Of a stretch of DNA of 64,000 nucleotides, positions 12,281-25,150 are shown in pieces. Both the position numbers and the translations under genes were made by a program. The DNA is taken from assembly GCA_026770705.1 (NCBI GenBank), contig JANJGN010000210.1, positions 186,001-250,000 on the forward strand, written 5' to 3'. The notes under the pieces were generated by a model, which searched no databases, had not been told where the DNA came from, and saw only the letters and a list, made by a program, of their open reading frames with translations. Within the stretch, counting starts at the first letter, position 1. The number at the start of each line of letters is the position of its first letter. Source of the stretch: Isurus oxyrinchus (lineage: Eukaryota).

Positions 12281-13019
12281 ACCATGGCTTCCTTTAAAAA
12301 CAAGTATTAACCCGTTTGGTGCGTCGGTGGCTTGTGTTGCGTTGAAAATATTTCCATTGCATATCATTGCCGGGAGATTAAACTGGATTGGGTGACCGTT
12401 CATTATGTGCCTTTGTAGCCACTGCAATCTGTGCCACACGGGTGCAGGGCTCTACTACAACAACAAGCCCCAAAACCACAGTGTAAAAGTTAAAACAGTC
12501 TGCACCCAAGGCCATATACTCGATTCATTGCTTCAATTTGAATGCAGGAACATACCAGTTAGCAGAACTGATGTGCTCATTCCCCATCAGAAAATATATG
12601 CCCCTAATTTGTGTCTCCATTGGGTTTTGAATCAAATCGGGGTGAAAGGCCATTGTCTGTGCCGTTGACCTAACCGGTTCCCATCAAAGGTCACTATTGC
12701 ATTCAGTCTAGGGTGAATTTCACTCCAGGCCCAATATTGTCAAAGGAGAAGCGTCTGACTCACCATGTCAAAATGTTCTGCTTGTTCTCAGAGGGCACCG
12801 TTGATTGGTGTCAAGTAATGAGAAACAAGGCCCCCAGAGGGCGTGTCAGGGAAAATCTCATCGTTGGATGGTTCCCCTTCCCTCGGTGAGTATATAAGAG
12901 GCACTTGCCTTCATACCAAGCAGGAAATAATATAATCGATTGCATATCAGAATCATTCCAAATTAAATTGATTTTCCTGTAATATTCCAATTCCCCCGCC
13001 CAAAATCCAGGAAAACACA

Positions 13020-13424
13020 ATGAGTGACATAGTGACTTTCAATTTATTGATTTTAGGTGAGTGTTTTGTGCTGAAAATCGGTGTTACAACTTTTTTTTTG
13101 CTATTTCTTTGTTTCACTTTTCCCTGTCCTTCATTCTCAACAGTGATCGCCGGAGAGGCTGCGATTCACCAACGACAGCAGATGTTTGCAGAAGAGGGAC
13201 AATCGATTGAAATCCGGTGCAACGCAACGACAAGAGGTACGGAGAGCACCCACTGGTACAGAGAACTGGAAGGCCGTGGCCCGAAATTTATTCTATCTGC
13301 TATCAGCAGCAACTCCAGTGACGGACGGTTCACTCTCTTTATTGACCCAACAAGAAGTTATAACATTCTCAGTATTGGCAGCACCGTGGTGTCAGACGCT
13401 GGAGTGTATCACTGTGCAACGAAG
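13020..13424 (+). CDS. TCR alpha/delta V segment (family D), apparently functional
   Basis: Leader 13020-13056 with GTGAG donor; V exon 13144-13424 EIRCN..HWYRE..DGRFT..DAGVYHCATK; RSS CACTGTG-23-ACAATATCT at 13425-13463. Confidence 0.88.
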
Positions 13425-14047
13425 CACTGTGAGACAAAGACTGAGCGCTTCAATACAATATCTACTGCAGGCTCTTATTAGACAATCTCAACGCGTCTAC
13501 CTGCTCTCCGAAATGTTTTGACTCACATATTGTTGCACATCTATCCTCAACAGGTTGTTCAGACTGTCCTGAATATGCATACTCTTTTATGGCATGTGGT
13601 TGTACATCTCAATTCATCCTAGAACAAAGCGGTTATTCAGGCTGAGCTGAGTATTTTTACTCCTCTGCGTGGTAGAGTTAAACATGCTCCACCTATTCTG
13701 TTGGAAATAATTTTTACTGTATTCGAACTTACGGCACCAGAAAAGTCCATTTCGATGGTCACCATCCCAAAGAAATTCTGTTCCCCTCACGACCCTCCAC
13801 AAGTATAAGAGGCACGTGCTGATCTTTAGACAACTAACCGCGGGTGAAGGAAGCAGACAATCAACAATATTACGTCGTGAGTGAAGAATGCCCATTTCCA
13901 ACCAATCCAAAAGCAGAAAGCCCACCTGACTGAAAATTTAACAGGGTGGCTCTGATATTAATTAGACTATTCAATGTGTTTCCCTCAGTTCTTGTTCTCC
14001 TGATGTGAGTTGTGTGTCGTTTTCCTATTGCTATCTGAACTGCAAGG

Positions 14048-14491
14048 ATGTAGTGACTGTACCACTCGTCATTCTGGTGCTGCTAACTTGTAGATGCGAG
14101 ATCTGTACTCAATAACTCACAGTGTTTATTTTCTGCAATCACCTTGCTCCCGTGTCTCATTGTTTGGATGTTTGTACAGGTCGATGTCTCTCGAATGAGT
14201 GCTGCAGTCTCCTGCTTCGCGAATAGTCCTCGGGGGGATTCGGTGCAGATAAACTGCAGCTATGATGTGTCCAATATTTACGCTCCTGCATTGGTACAAG
14301 CGGAAATCCGGCCTCAGACTGGACTGGTAATAAAGCAAGCATTCGCTGGCAGGGAGAAAAGCGACGATGTGAATTGGGCCTTTCCACTGCGGAGAAACGG
14401 GGTGATTGAGAGCATGGAGAGCGCGGATACCTCTCTGTATTACTGTGCGTTAGATCCCCACACTGAGAGGAAAGGTCACTGTACAAAAACC
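14048..14491 (+). pseudogene. V pseudogene (family E)
   Basis: Leader begins ATG TAG; V exon from 14180 is frameshifted but ends SADTSLYYCALDP; RSS CACACTG-17-ACAAAAACC (spacer shortened). Confidence 0.85.
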
Positions 14492-17400
14492 TGCTCCTGT
14501 TTGCAGTTACGGAACAGCTGCAGCAATGTCTCCAATAGCACAGGGCAGGCAAGATGGTACAGAACGGGAGCAACAAAGAGAAGCAGTGAGGGTGGCTGCC
14601 GTGGGCAATGATAGCTCAAAGTTTGTATCTAACTCCCAGTTGAATACTGTTTTGATCAAGAATCTTGGTCACATCATAAAGTATCGGACTGAGAAGGCAG
14701 TCACTCAGTGAGTGTAGTCTTTCGTGTGAGGAAAGCTTTCCCATTACATTAATGTGGGGTTATATTGAACGGTGACTTTAATGGGTGTTGGTCTATTTCA
14801 AGGCGATGTTTGGAAACTCATTGAAAGCGTCAACATAATCCTATTAATACGAAAGTATTCACACTGCGCTACAGTTACACTCTGCACCTGAAACAAAGAA
14901 GAAAAACTGTCTGAAAGAATGACATTGTGATAACGCTAGAACAACTTTTGGGTTTTACCCAGAGAGGCGAAAGGGAACATTCCCCTTGTTTATCGCAGCG
15001 TATGGTTAATGAAACTCCACCCTGTGTTAATCATCTCAGTCTGTTGAGTTATAGTGATTGAAACGTTTCTAGAGTCACATGTAAGCCAGACCAGATAAGG
15101 ACGCCATATTTCCTTTCCTCAAGGGCTTTAATGAAACAGGTAGGTTTTTACAGCAATTGGTGATAGTGGTCGTGGTCGGCATTACTGATTTATAACCCAG
15201 AGTTGCTCTTTGAACGCGTGTCCCCAGAGCATTTCCCTGGGCCCCTGGATTTCCAGTCCAGTGATACCAATTTGCCACCGTCACTCCAAACATGGATCAC
15301 CTACATTCAATGCTACATTTTGTCAGCTTTGATATCATCTCTTACGAGTAACATTCAAATCGGTGGGTAATTCCTCGGAGGGGGATTACAGCCCCTTCTC
15401 CAAATATCTGTGAAATTAGAGCCGGATGCCCATGTTCATTGTTTGTACAGGGCTCCAGTCTGTCATTGTGTTTTCCTCTCATATTCCCCTATTTCAAGTG
15501 ATTCCTTTCTCAGCCTCAGTGAAGACTAATCCCGGGTGACGGAACTCCTTCTTTCAGAGGGAGCAATGACCGAGGCTCCGAGAGGCCGCTGCCCCCCTGC
15601 CTGACACTCATCAGCTTCATCACCTCTATAAAAGATTTTCACTGACCTACACACTATATATTCATTGTCAAAAGTGTACAGATATCTTAGAATTCCCACC
15701 CCAACAGCCAAGGTTCATGACATCCCGGAAAAAGAGAATGCTTTTTTAGTGCCCAGATTGAAATACTGGTAATTATGTTCAGGTCCTGAATTTGAGGTGG
15801 AATCCACAATCTACTGATTCTGAAATCAGAGTCAAGTTGCTTCAGCTACTAAACTGCTGCAAGGTTTAAGATAGTCCATTGTGACTACAATTGTGCCATA
15901 GCATTCGTTAACGCAGTTGCTGTTAAGCTTTCCTTTGCTAATTTCACGAATAAAAACGTCAAAAGCATAATTATAGAACGTTTGATTAATAAAAAATCAG
16001 TTCAAATAATTATGAAATGTCACAGCAAAGATGGAAAATATTCTTCTCACCAGAACCATGTCCTCACTCTGAATAAAACTATCCAATTAGCTCCCCTCTC
16101 CACTTTCTCCAAAGGCCCACACATCTTTCACTTTCATGTATAAGTACAATTTCCTTTTGAAAGTGAAGCTGATTATGCTTCCTTCTCCATACCGGGAAAG
16201 GTACTTCAGCTCATTACAACTCGCTGCATAAAAAAATCTAATTTACCTCTTTAGTATTTACGAATTGTCTGAACTCCGAGTGCTCTACCTATTATTCCTT
16301 CTGCCAGAAATATCAATATCTCACTAACAACTCTGTTAAAAGCCTTCATAAATTTAAACACGTCCATTACATCATTCCTTCCCATTCTCTACTCTAGGCA
16401 AACCAGTCGCAGTTTCTCTAATCTCTTAACATAACCGAGGCCCCTCATCCATGGTATAATTCTCGTAAACCTATTCTCGACCCACTCCAAGGCTAGGACA
16501 TGCTTCTGAAAGTGTGGATTCAAATAAACTCAATCATTCTTCTCCTTCAGATAATTTCGAATGATAAATGTTCTCTTAGAATTAAGCTGAGCAGTAATCT
16601 ATGTAATACCAATATTGGTAACAATGTGATGTTGCTTTCTCCAAAGTGCTCAACAAAATTGGTTTCTCTATCATTCAGGTGTCAGTAGATCACTGTCGCC
16701 ACCTGCTGACGAACAGCTTCTTCTATAGGCCCCGGAGTTTCTCGGAAATGGTTCAGAATTCTTTCCGCAACCACGTCCTCTTATTGATTGATGTTCATGC
16801 ACAGGAGTTTCTTTGAGCAAATCACGAGGGGCAAGAGATCAAGAGGAATTATATGCAGACGGACCAAAATCGTTATCATAAATTATGAGAAATATTCCAA
16901 AGGAAAGTGAGCAGAAATGGAAAATGATAAACTGACACAGTCCTGAATTTGGTTTCTTTTCCCGCATCACATCCTTTGCTCATTTGTGTTAAAGCTGCGA
17001 GGGCAGACTTTCATGCCCAGCTTTCGTTCACTTCCTGTTATCTATAGCCCACCCTATCCCTCGCCCTAGGGGGGGTTTGAACCAGCTCCACGGTCAAAGC
17101 TCCCAGGAACTGTGCGCAGCTGTATGATGAATTACCGAAAAGCGCCAATGCGTTTCTCCTTCAATTCTGTCCCGACACAAATTCAAAAATCTTACAGTTA
17201 TGGTAATTTGAATATACAATTCCAGCACGAGAACTGATATGATAGGATTTCATTCCTTAAGACAATCTTTGTCCAGAGTTTCAAATGTTTGCAAAAGCCC
17301 GGGAGCCACGTTTGTCCCTTTGGAGAATCAGTGCCGCAGAGTTATTGCGTTCCGCTCACTTCCCACCACAAGGAGTAAAGGAAATTCCTGGCGTTTCGAC

Positions 17401-17632
17401 AATTGACATGACGCGATGGGAACCGATGGCGAAAGGAGCAGGGGATCAAAAACAACATCCTTACGTCACGATAACAAAGTCTATTTCCCACCTACCCAAG
17501 CGCAGCAAAACCACGTGACTGGAACATTATCTCTGGCTGTTAAATTAACCGGCTATTGACCCCGTTCAGGCGCTCTGTGCTCTGCTGATGTGAGCTCTGC
17601 TTCCTTTTCTTACTGATACTTGAATTGCAAGG

Positions 17633-18067
17633 ATGCATTACCCGGTACAAATGAATCTACTCCCTGTCATTTTATTGCTGCTAACTTGTAAGTATAGGGG
17701 ATATGTCTGTAACCTGTAGAGAGTGTCTATTTATACTCACGTTGCTCCAATGTCTCATTGTCTGAATGTTTTTACAGGTCGATGTCGGTCGGAACAAAAT
17801 TCCCAGTTTCCCACTGCGAGAACAGTCCAGAGCGGGGATTCGGTGCAAATAAACTGCAGCTATGACATGTCCAGCACTTACGGAATGCACTGGTACAAAC
17901 AGAGACCCGGTCAGGGACTGGAGTGGATAATGAAGCGAATATTGGATGGCGAAGAGAGAAAAGACCGATTCGATATGGAACTTTCCATTGCAGACAAACG
18001 GGGCCAGTTGGTTATTGAGAAGACGGAGAGCGCGGATACTGCTGTGTATTACTGTGCCATAGAGCCC
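17633..18067 (+). CDS. V segment (family E) with IgH-like FR2, apparently functional
   Basis: Leader 17633-17687 with GTAAGT donor; V exon 17778-18067 VQINCSY..GMHWYKQRPGQGLEWI..ADTAVYYCAIEP; RSS CACACCG-23-ACAAAAACC at 18068-18106. Confidence 0.92.
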
Positions 18068-18495
18068 CACACCGAGAGGAGAGGCGGCAGTTACTGAACA
18101 AAAACCTCCCTCCTGTTTACAGCCCCGGAACAGCTGCAGCGATCTCTCCAATCACAGGCAAGGCGGGTCGGAACGAGAGAAGCAAAAGGGAGGCTTTGAG
18201 CAGGGCTGCGGTGGGCTTCATAATATCCTTCAGATAGCGGCTTTGATGAGAGATTGCTCCAGTCACAGCATAAAGGATCCGAAAGCAGAAACAGTCACTC
18301 ACTGTACGCGGTCTCGTTGTGAGAAAATCTTCAGCATTGCTTAATTGTAGGATTATAATCAGTTGAGTCGATTCGGACATTTTACTAAATATGTGTGCAT
18401 GTGATTTTGCTGTGTGACGGCTGATCCGAAATTTTAACAGTGATAATTCTTGACTCTGTCGCTCTTCAGTTTGGGAAATTATCTGTCAGGTCATA

Positions 18496-18770
18496 CAAGC
18501 ATAAGAACAAATAGCAGGAGTAGGCCATTCAGCCCCTCAAGCCTGCTCCGCCATTTAATAAGATCATGGATGATCTAATTTTAACCTGAAATCTGCACCC
18601 CATCTACCCTGATAAACTATCACCCCCTCCCTTACGAAGAATATATCCATATCTGTCTTAACATATTCAAAGTCTCTGCCTCCACCGCTTTTTCCGGAAG
18701 AGAGTTCCAAAGACTCACGATCCTCTGAGTGAAAAAAAAATCCCCCTCATCTCTGTTTCAGATCAGGTCC
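18496..18770 (-). mobile_element. CR1 LINE 3' end
   Basis: CATAAGAACAAATAGCAGGAGTAGGCCATTCAGCCCCTCAAGCCTGCTCCGCC typical CR1 3' UTR. Confidence 0.75.
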
Positions 18771-19834
18771 CTGGTTCACTGTACTGCTGATCTATCCAAT
18801 GGCAAGAACAGACCAACGGAAGCAATACCCCAACAGCAAAATCAGGTCAGAGGACAGGTACAAACGGAAGCTGTGGCCGGGGATGCCGCAGATTGAAAAC
18901 TGAAAAAAGTGCGCGACGGTGATCAGCTGAAGCCGGAACTGATGGAGCGGAAATAGCGACGGTTGAATTTCCAGGAGACTGTGAGCATCCTGCACCTGTT
19001 CACACATCAGGTGACTGAGAACAAATAATGCGGGAGGGGCAGGTGGGGGCCAGAATCAGAGGAAGATACAGGGCAGAATAAAGACTCCGCTTATCGTATC
19101 TGCGTCTATTCGAAAGAGCCATACCAATCGTCTTTCGCAAGCCACATTTTCTACGTTCTTTTCCTTTTTCTACTAATAAACAACTCCATATTGAAATTTA
19201 CATTTGGATCCTCTTCCCGCATCATTTCAGGCACCGTATTCCAGACGGTAAAACACACAATGTAATAAATAAAACAGATCTTTCCCTCAGTTTTTTCATG
19301 AAATCGAAATGATTTGGTTATTCAATCTTCTGATAATGGGAACAATTGCGATCTAATATGTCAAAAGGGCATAATTTTTAGCACATCAATTGAGTCTCTC
19401 TTCTACCTTCTTTGCTACGAGGACAAGAAACCAAATTTCCGTATCCTGTTCGCATAAACTTCCTTCGTCTCTGGTACCATTCTGATGTGCAGCGTCCGCA
19501 CTTGATCCAAAATCTAGACATTCCTTCTACTTATTCACACCCATGATTTGGGCAGAGAACTCCAGCAACGATTTCTCAAGATTTAACATCACATTCCCAC
19601 ATGAACATCAGCAGCACAAAAGACTTTGTCTGAACAGCTCCAATTTACAGCTCCAATTTAGAGTTTTGGGATCATTCGTGCCTTGATGTGCATTTCAATA
19701 AACCTTGGGTCCAATCAACGGCCGCACCCGAACACGGATTGAGCCGAATTCACCAGTGGACGGCACCAAATTCAAGAATGGGCGTCACCAAGCCACGTGG
19801 TAGAAACGAAAAAGCCAATAGGGATGATTTCCTG

Positions 19835-19844
19835 AGTGATGTCA
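19835..19844 (+). promoter_or_regulatory. TCR V-type CRE-like decamer
   Basis: AGTGATGTCA about 125 bp upstream of the ATG, preceded by CCAAT; the paralog at 8601 has AGTGAGGTCA. Confidence 0.55.
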
Positions 19845-19968
19845 CAATGAGCCTGGCCACCTGCAGTGTGTGGGTGGAACAATGAGCTGAACAGACTCCG
19901 GGTTCCGTCCCTCCTTCTCAATCTCTGGCTCATTCCATTCACATTCATCAGGAGGGATTCATTCGGAC

Positions 19969-20496
19969 ATGTTTCTGATAATACTGGCGGCACTGTTGGA
20001 CAGTAAGTACTGGATTAAGTTAATCAAGGCAGATTAGTAGATTAATGTACAGCGATTGCGGTAGTATTTAAAACAATTAACGATTAGAAATATCCACATG
20101 ATGGACAGCTGGGTAGATAGTAAGTTCCACAAAGTCACGGAGCTACAAACACTTTAGATCAACACTGTTTAACCGCTTGATATTTCATTCCTCTGCCTCA
20201 CAGACGGATTCTGCGCTGATCCAGTAACTCAGTCCCCAGGCTCAATAACGGTGTCAGAAGGGGTTTCGGTGCAGTTAGACTGTGAATATACAGATCGGAA
20301 TATGTACAACATGCAATGGTATCGGCAGCAGACGGCACAGCCACCAATTTGGATTATTACCAATGCCTTAGCACAGAAGAAAAATGAAATTTCAGGACGA
20401 TATCTGGCGGCTGCTGACAAGTCTCAAAAGAACGGTTACCTCAATATAAGCGAATTGAGTGTGGAGGACGGGGCAGTGTATTACTGTGCAATGAGG
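19969..20496 (+). CDS. TCR alpha/delta V segment (family C), apparently functional
   Basis: Leader 19969-20002 MFLIILAALLD with GTAAGT donor; V exon 20204-20496 DPVTQSP..VQLDCEY..MQWYRQ..DGAVYYCAMR; RSS CACAGCG-23-ACAAAAACC at 20497-20535. Confidence 0.93.
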
Positions 20497-20730
20497 CACA
20501 GCGTTTGATCGCAGCTAGAAGCCCGTACAAAAACCTCAGCGGTTTTTGCTCCCGGGTTCCAGAGAAGGGAAACAGACAGGTCTATTTACCGCAGGTTTAT
20601 TGCCCTGTTTGTCCTTGTCCAAATCCACAGAGAAGCAGTTTTGGGAAATATGTAAACTTATCTCCATGCCACCATTTATAGTGGAAATAGTTCCGAACTT
20701 ATCCTGAAAGTGGGTTTTCCAACAGAGGTA

Positions 20731-21150
20731 ATGATGGGTGGATTGATCATCTTATTCTACTTATTTAGACAAGCACTTAATTTAATTTACATTGTATATA
20801 TCATTATGTTAACTTTATTCTTGCTTTGGAAGCTGTTTCTTTTCGCTGGGAAAAAAATCAGAAATTGGTTTCTCGAGAACGCAAGAACAACGATTTTGCG
20901 TCAACATAACTCTACTTTCTCTGCACATGAACTTATATTCTTGAACCGGCAACTCTCCAGTAGAGCTCCCGAGTATTTCTTCCTCATATTCAGTGATGAA
21001 AGAGTTGACGGAAGATTTGAAGTATCTGCGGACCGTGGGAAAGGCTCTGCTACTCTCACTATTCACTCAGTTCAGTTCTCCGATGCTGCCGTTTAGTACA
21101 GTTCGGTGAAGCAGGGGGAGACAAAGGGTTGAGGAAACTGTACCAGAACT
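20731..21150 (+). pseudogene. Degenerate V pseudogene
   Basis: RAPEYF..DGRFEVSADRGKGSATLTIHSVQFSDAAV*; both Cys lost; decayed RSS CAGGGGG-23-ACCAGAACT at 21112-21150. Confidence 0.75.
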
Positions 21151-21499
21151 ACTCGACATGGGGACTGGGGACACAGTCAGGACATGGGCTTTAAAAACGA
21201 GATCGATACAATTCAATTCTGCAAAGAAAAAGCAGCTCATCATCCGAGTGATTTAATGGAATGAAAATATTTTTATTTGTAATAACATAACATACAGATT
21301 ATCTCTTTGTACAAAATAAATCTCACATGGAAAGGATCTTTCCTCTTGTAGGCGAATCTAGAACTTGGGGTCACTTAAAATAATGGGTCGCCCATTTAAG
21401 ACAGAGATGAGAAGATTTTTATCTGTCAAAAAAGTAGTGAGTCTTTGGAACTCTCTTCCTCAAAGGGCAGGGGTAGCAGTGGCTTTGATTGCTTTCAAG

Positions 21500-24400
21500 G
21501 CAGAGGTAGATCAGTTTTTGATAAACAAGGGAGTGGAAGGTAACCGGGGTTAGGTGGGAGGTTACAGTCAGATCAGCCTTCACATTATTTAATAGCGGAG
21601 TAGGCTCTAAGGGCAAACTACTCCTGCTCCTATTTCCTATGTTTGCAGATGCTTGCCATCCTGAAATTTGATTGATTTTCTACTTTGATGATTAAGGTGC
21701 TCGCAAGCCTTATATTCTTCCACAATGAACAATCACAACCTCATCAGTTGCGGATTTAAGAATTCATGAACCAGAATTTCATCTACTTATGCAAATGAAC
21801 ACGTACTTTCTTAATGACGTAGGCAAGTCAGAAAACGGAGGTAAATAATCTCGGGCTGAATATTAAATAGTAAAAGTAGCAGAAGCAAAAAAATGGAAAT
21901 AGAGAAGTAATAATAAAATCAGAGCCATAAAAAACCATAATAACGTGGCAGAATAATCATGCAGCAATATTCGAGAATAAATTGAGAGTCGTTGTTTTAC
22001 AGGCAAGTTTCCACGAGTTGGCACTCCAAGATCTTATCTTTGGAGAAAACTTAGCAAGCCGTCAGTTCACTACTCTGACAGGTGACAGCTGGGGATTACA
22101 GGAAATATTTAGGTGCCGTGACACGTTACTGTAAACAATAGTGCATATAGGGCAAGAATCAATAGATTAAGTCCCGACTTAGAGTTGGAGCCGTATAAAT
22201 CATTATATTTCATGGTCAATTTCACTGCACAGTCCGAAATAAAATGTTACCAAAATGAGAGACAGAGAGAGACAGAGAGAGAGAGAGAGAGAAAGAGATA
22301 GACCGAAAGAGAGAGAGATCAGTCCATTTTTCCGTGACCGAATATTTTGGTCACTATTGGCCACAGCTTCAAAGTATCTGGAAAATACTTGGACACTCAA
22401 ATCCCTTCAGTCCACTACAAAGGTCAGAGAGTTAAACATTCCCACTGCCCTCTGTGTAAACAATATTACTAACATCACAACAGCGACTAGACTGGAAAGG
22501 TACTTCCTTAGGTTGGAAAGTGGTTACTGACACCCTGAGTCTGTGAAAGGCGATTTCTCTTTTCGAGTGATGTTTGATTCCAGGTGTAAAAATTTAATGC
22601 CCTCAATGTTTCCATGGTGTCCAGTAAAGTTTAATTTTCCGAATTCCCTTCTCTTTAATTCAATCCTTTTCCCTGGATTGTGTTGATGAAGGGTCAAGAC
22701 GTCCTGGGATTATCAGGATTCTGTCTCCGGTATTTTCACAGATTCTGTCCACTCGACGGGACACTGTTAATGTGTCGGAAACGACAATCCGGGAATTTAG
22801 TAAGGAGCCCCTGACGGAAACTGGCTTCCTGTTCAGAGAGCCCCAGTGATCGAGGCGCCTAGAGGCCACTGCGACCCGTATGTCAATCAACAACCTGATC
22901 ACCACTATGAAAGTCTTATACTCATGTACCTGATCGTGTATATATAAATTATGCATTCACTTTCAGGAAGCTGCACATGCATAACAACACAAAGGCCATT
23001 CTGCAAACACTACATCTCAGCCGCAGATTCAGATATTCGCCCTATCGCCTCTGAACAAGACGTTTCAGGCTTCCGTCCATTTCTCGAGGCAGAGTCTATA
23101 TTGATACTTCAGTTCAGTCCTCAGGGAATGGTACACCGTTAGAGGGGCCGGCTTTCGGATGAAATGTTAAATCGAGGACACCGTCTATCCTTTCAGGTGG
23201 ACATAATTGATCACATGAGCGCTATTTTGGAGGAAGAAAGGGAAATTGGCCCGGACAATATTTCTCCAACAATCACCGTAACCGAAATGGTTGTAGTTGT
23301 TGAATGTCAGCCATCTCAGCTCCAGGACAAGCAGTGGTAGATCGATTTTTGATAAGCAAGAGAGTGGAAGGTAACAGGGGATAGCTGGGACGTTACAGTC
23401 AAATCAGCCATGAACTTATTGAATGGCGGAGCAGGCCTGAAGGGCCGACAGGCCTACTCCTTCTCCTATTTCCCATGTTCGTATATATTTGGCATCCTGA
23501 ATTTTGGATGATACGGGTACTCTCAAGCCTTACTTTCTTCCGAACTGAACAATCATAACCTCATCAGTTGCGGATTTAAGAATTCATGAACAAGAAATTT
23601 ATCTATGCAAGTGAACACGGACTGTCTTAATGACGTAGGCACGTCGGAAAATTGAGGTAATTAATCGAGGACTGAAAATTAAATAGTAAAAGTAGCAGAA
23701 GCAAAAGAATGGAAAGGCAGAAGCTACAGTGATAATACAACTAAAGCCATAAAAAATAATGTGGCAGAATAATCATGCAGCAATTTTCGAGAATAAATTA
23801 AGAGCCGTTCTTTTACAGACAGATTTCCACTAGATGGCGCTCCGTAACCTTATCTTCGGAGAAAACTTACCAAGCGCTCAGTTCACCGCTCTGACAGGTG
23901 ACAGCTGGGGATTATAGGAAACATTTTGGCGTCGTGACACGTTACTGTAAACAATAGTGTAAATAGGGCTAGAATCAATAAATTAGTTACACAAGATACT
24001 GAGAGATGGAGCCCTATATATCATTGTATTTCATGGTCCAAATTCACTGCGTAGTCCGAAGTAAAAGGCTACTACAATGCGAGAGAGACAGAGAGAGAGA
24101 GAGAGACAGAGACATAGAGAGAGACAGAGAGAGAGACAGAGAGACAGAGAGAGATCAGTCCATCTTTTCCTGACCGAATATTTTGGTTACTATTGGCCAC
24201 AGCTTCAAAGTATCCGGAAAACACCTGGACACTCAAATCCCTTCACTCCACTACAAGGGCCAGAGTGACTTTCTGGCAGAGAATTAAACATTCCCACTGC
24301 CGTCTGTGTGAACAAAATTTCTCACATCACAGCAGCGACTACACTGAAAAGGTACCTCATTGGGTTGGAAAGTGCTTACCGACACCATGAGTCCATGAAA

Positions 24401-25150
24401 GGCGATTTCTCTTTCTGAGTGATCTTTGATTCCAGGGGTAAAATTTAATGGCCACCTGCTAACAGGGGGACCAGTAAAGTTTATTTATTTACATTTCCTT
24501 CTCTTTATTTCGATCTTTTTTCCTAACTTGTGTTATTGAGGGATCACCACGTCATGGGATTACCAGGATACTGTTTCCTTTCTGTTCACAGACTCTCCGC
24601 TCAACGGGACATCCTACTCTGTCGGAAGCAACAGTCTGGCAATTTACTGAGGAGCCCCTGATGGAAACTGGCTTCCTGTTCTCGGAAGGCCAGTGATTGA
24701 GGCACCGAGAGGCGACTGCACCCCGTATGGAAGATTTGTACTCATTTACCTGACCGTGTATATATAAACTATATATTCATTTGCAGGAAGGTGCAATTGC
24801 ATAACAATACAAAGGCAATTCTGCAAACACTAATGTCAGCCGGGGCTCAGTTATTCACCCTATCGCCTCGAAACAAGGCGTTTCAGGATCCTGTCCCTCT
24901 CCGGAAACTTGACCCCCAGGATCTATGCCGATATTTCAGTCCTCTGGGAAATAGGCATCGCCAGAGAGACTGGCTTTCAGATGAGATGTTAAATCGAGGG
25001 CACCGCCTAACCTCCCAGGTGGACATGATAGATCACATGAGCATTATTTTGAAGAAGAGAATGGGAATTGTCCTGAACAATATTTCTCCTCCAATGATCG
25101 TCACTGGATCTATTGTGGTTGTTGAAGGTCAATCACCTCAGCTCCAGGAT
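21500..25150. repeat. About 1.83-kb direct tandem duplication (units about 21500-23330 and 23331-25150)
   Basis: Co-linear matches throughout, e.g. GGTAGATC..GATAA at 21505/23336, (GA)n at 22256/24080, CTCAGCTCCAGGA at 23316/25137. Confidence 0.9.

Noticed and set aside
23865-23930. Possible leader or J exon on the minus strand ending in TTG/GTAAGT
   Set aside because: In-frame stop, no RSS or V exon partner, and the donor is absent in the tandem copy
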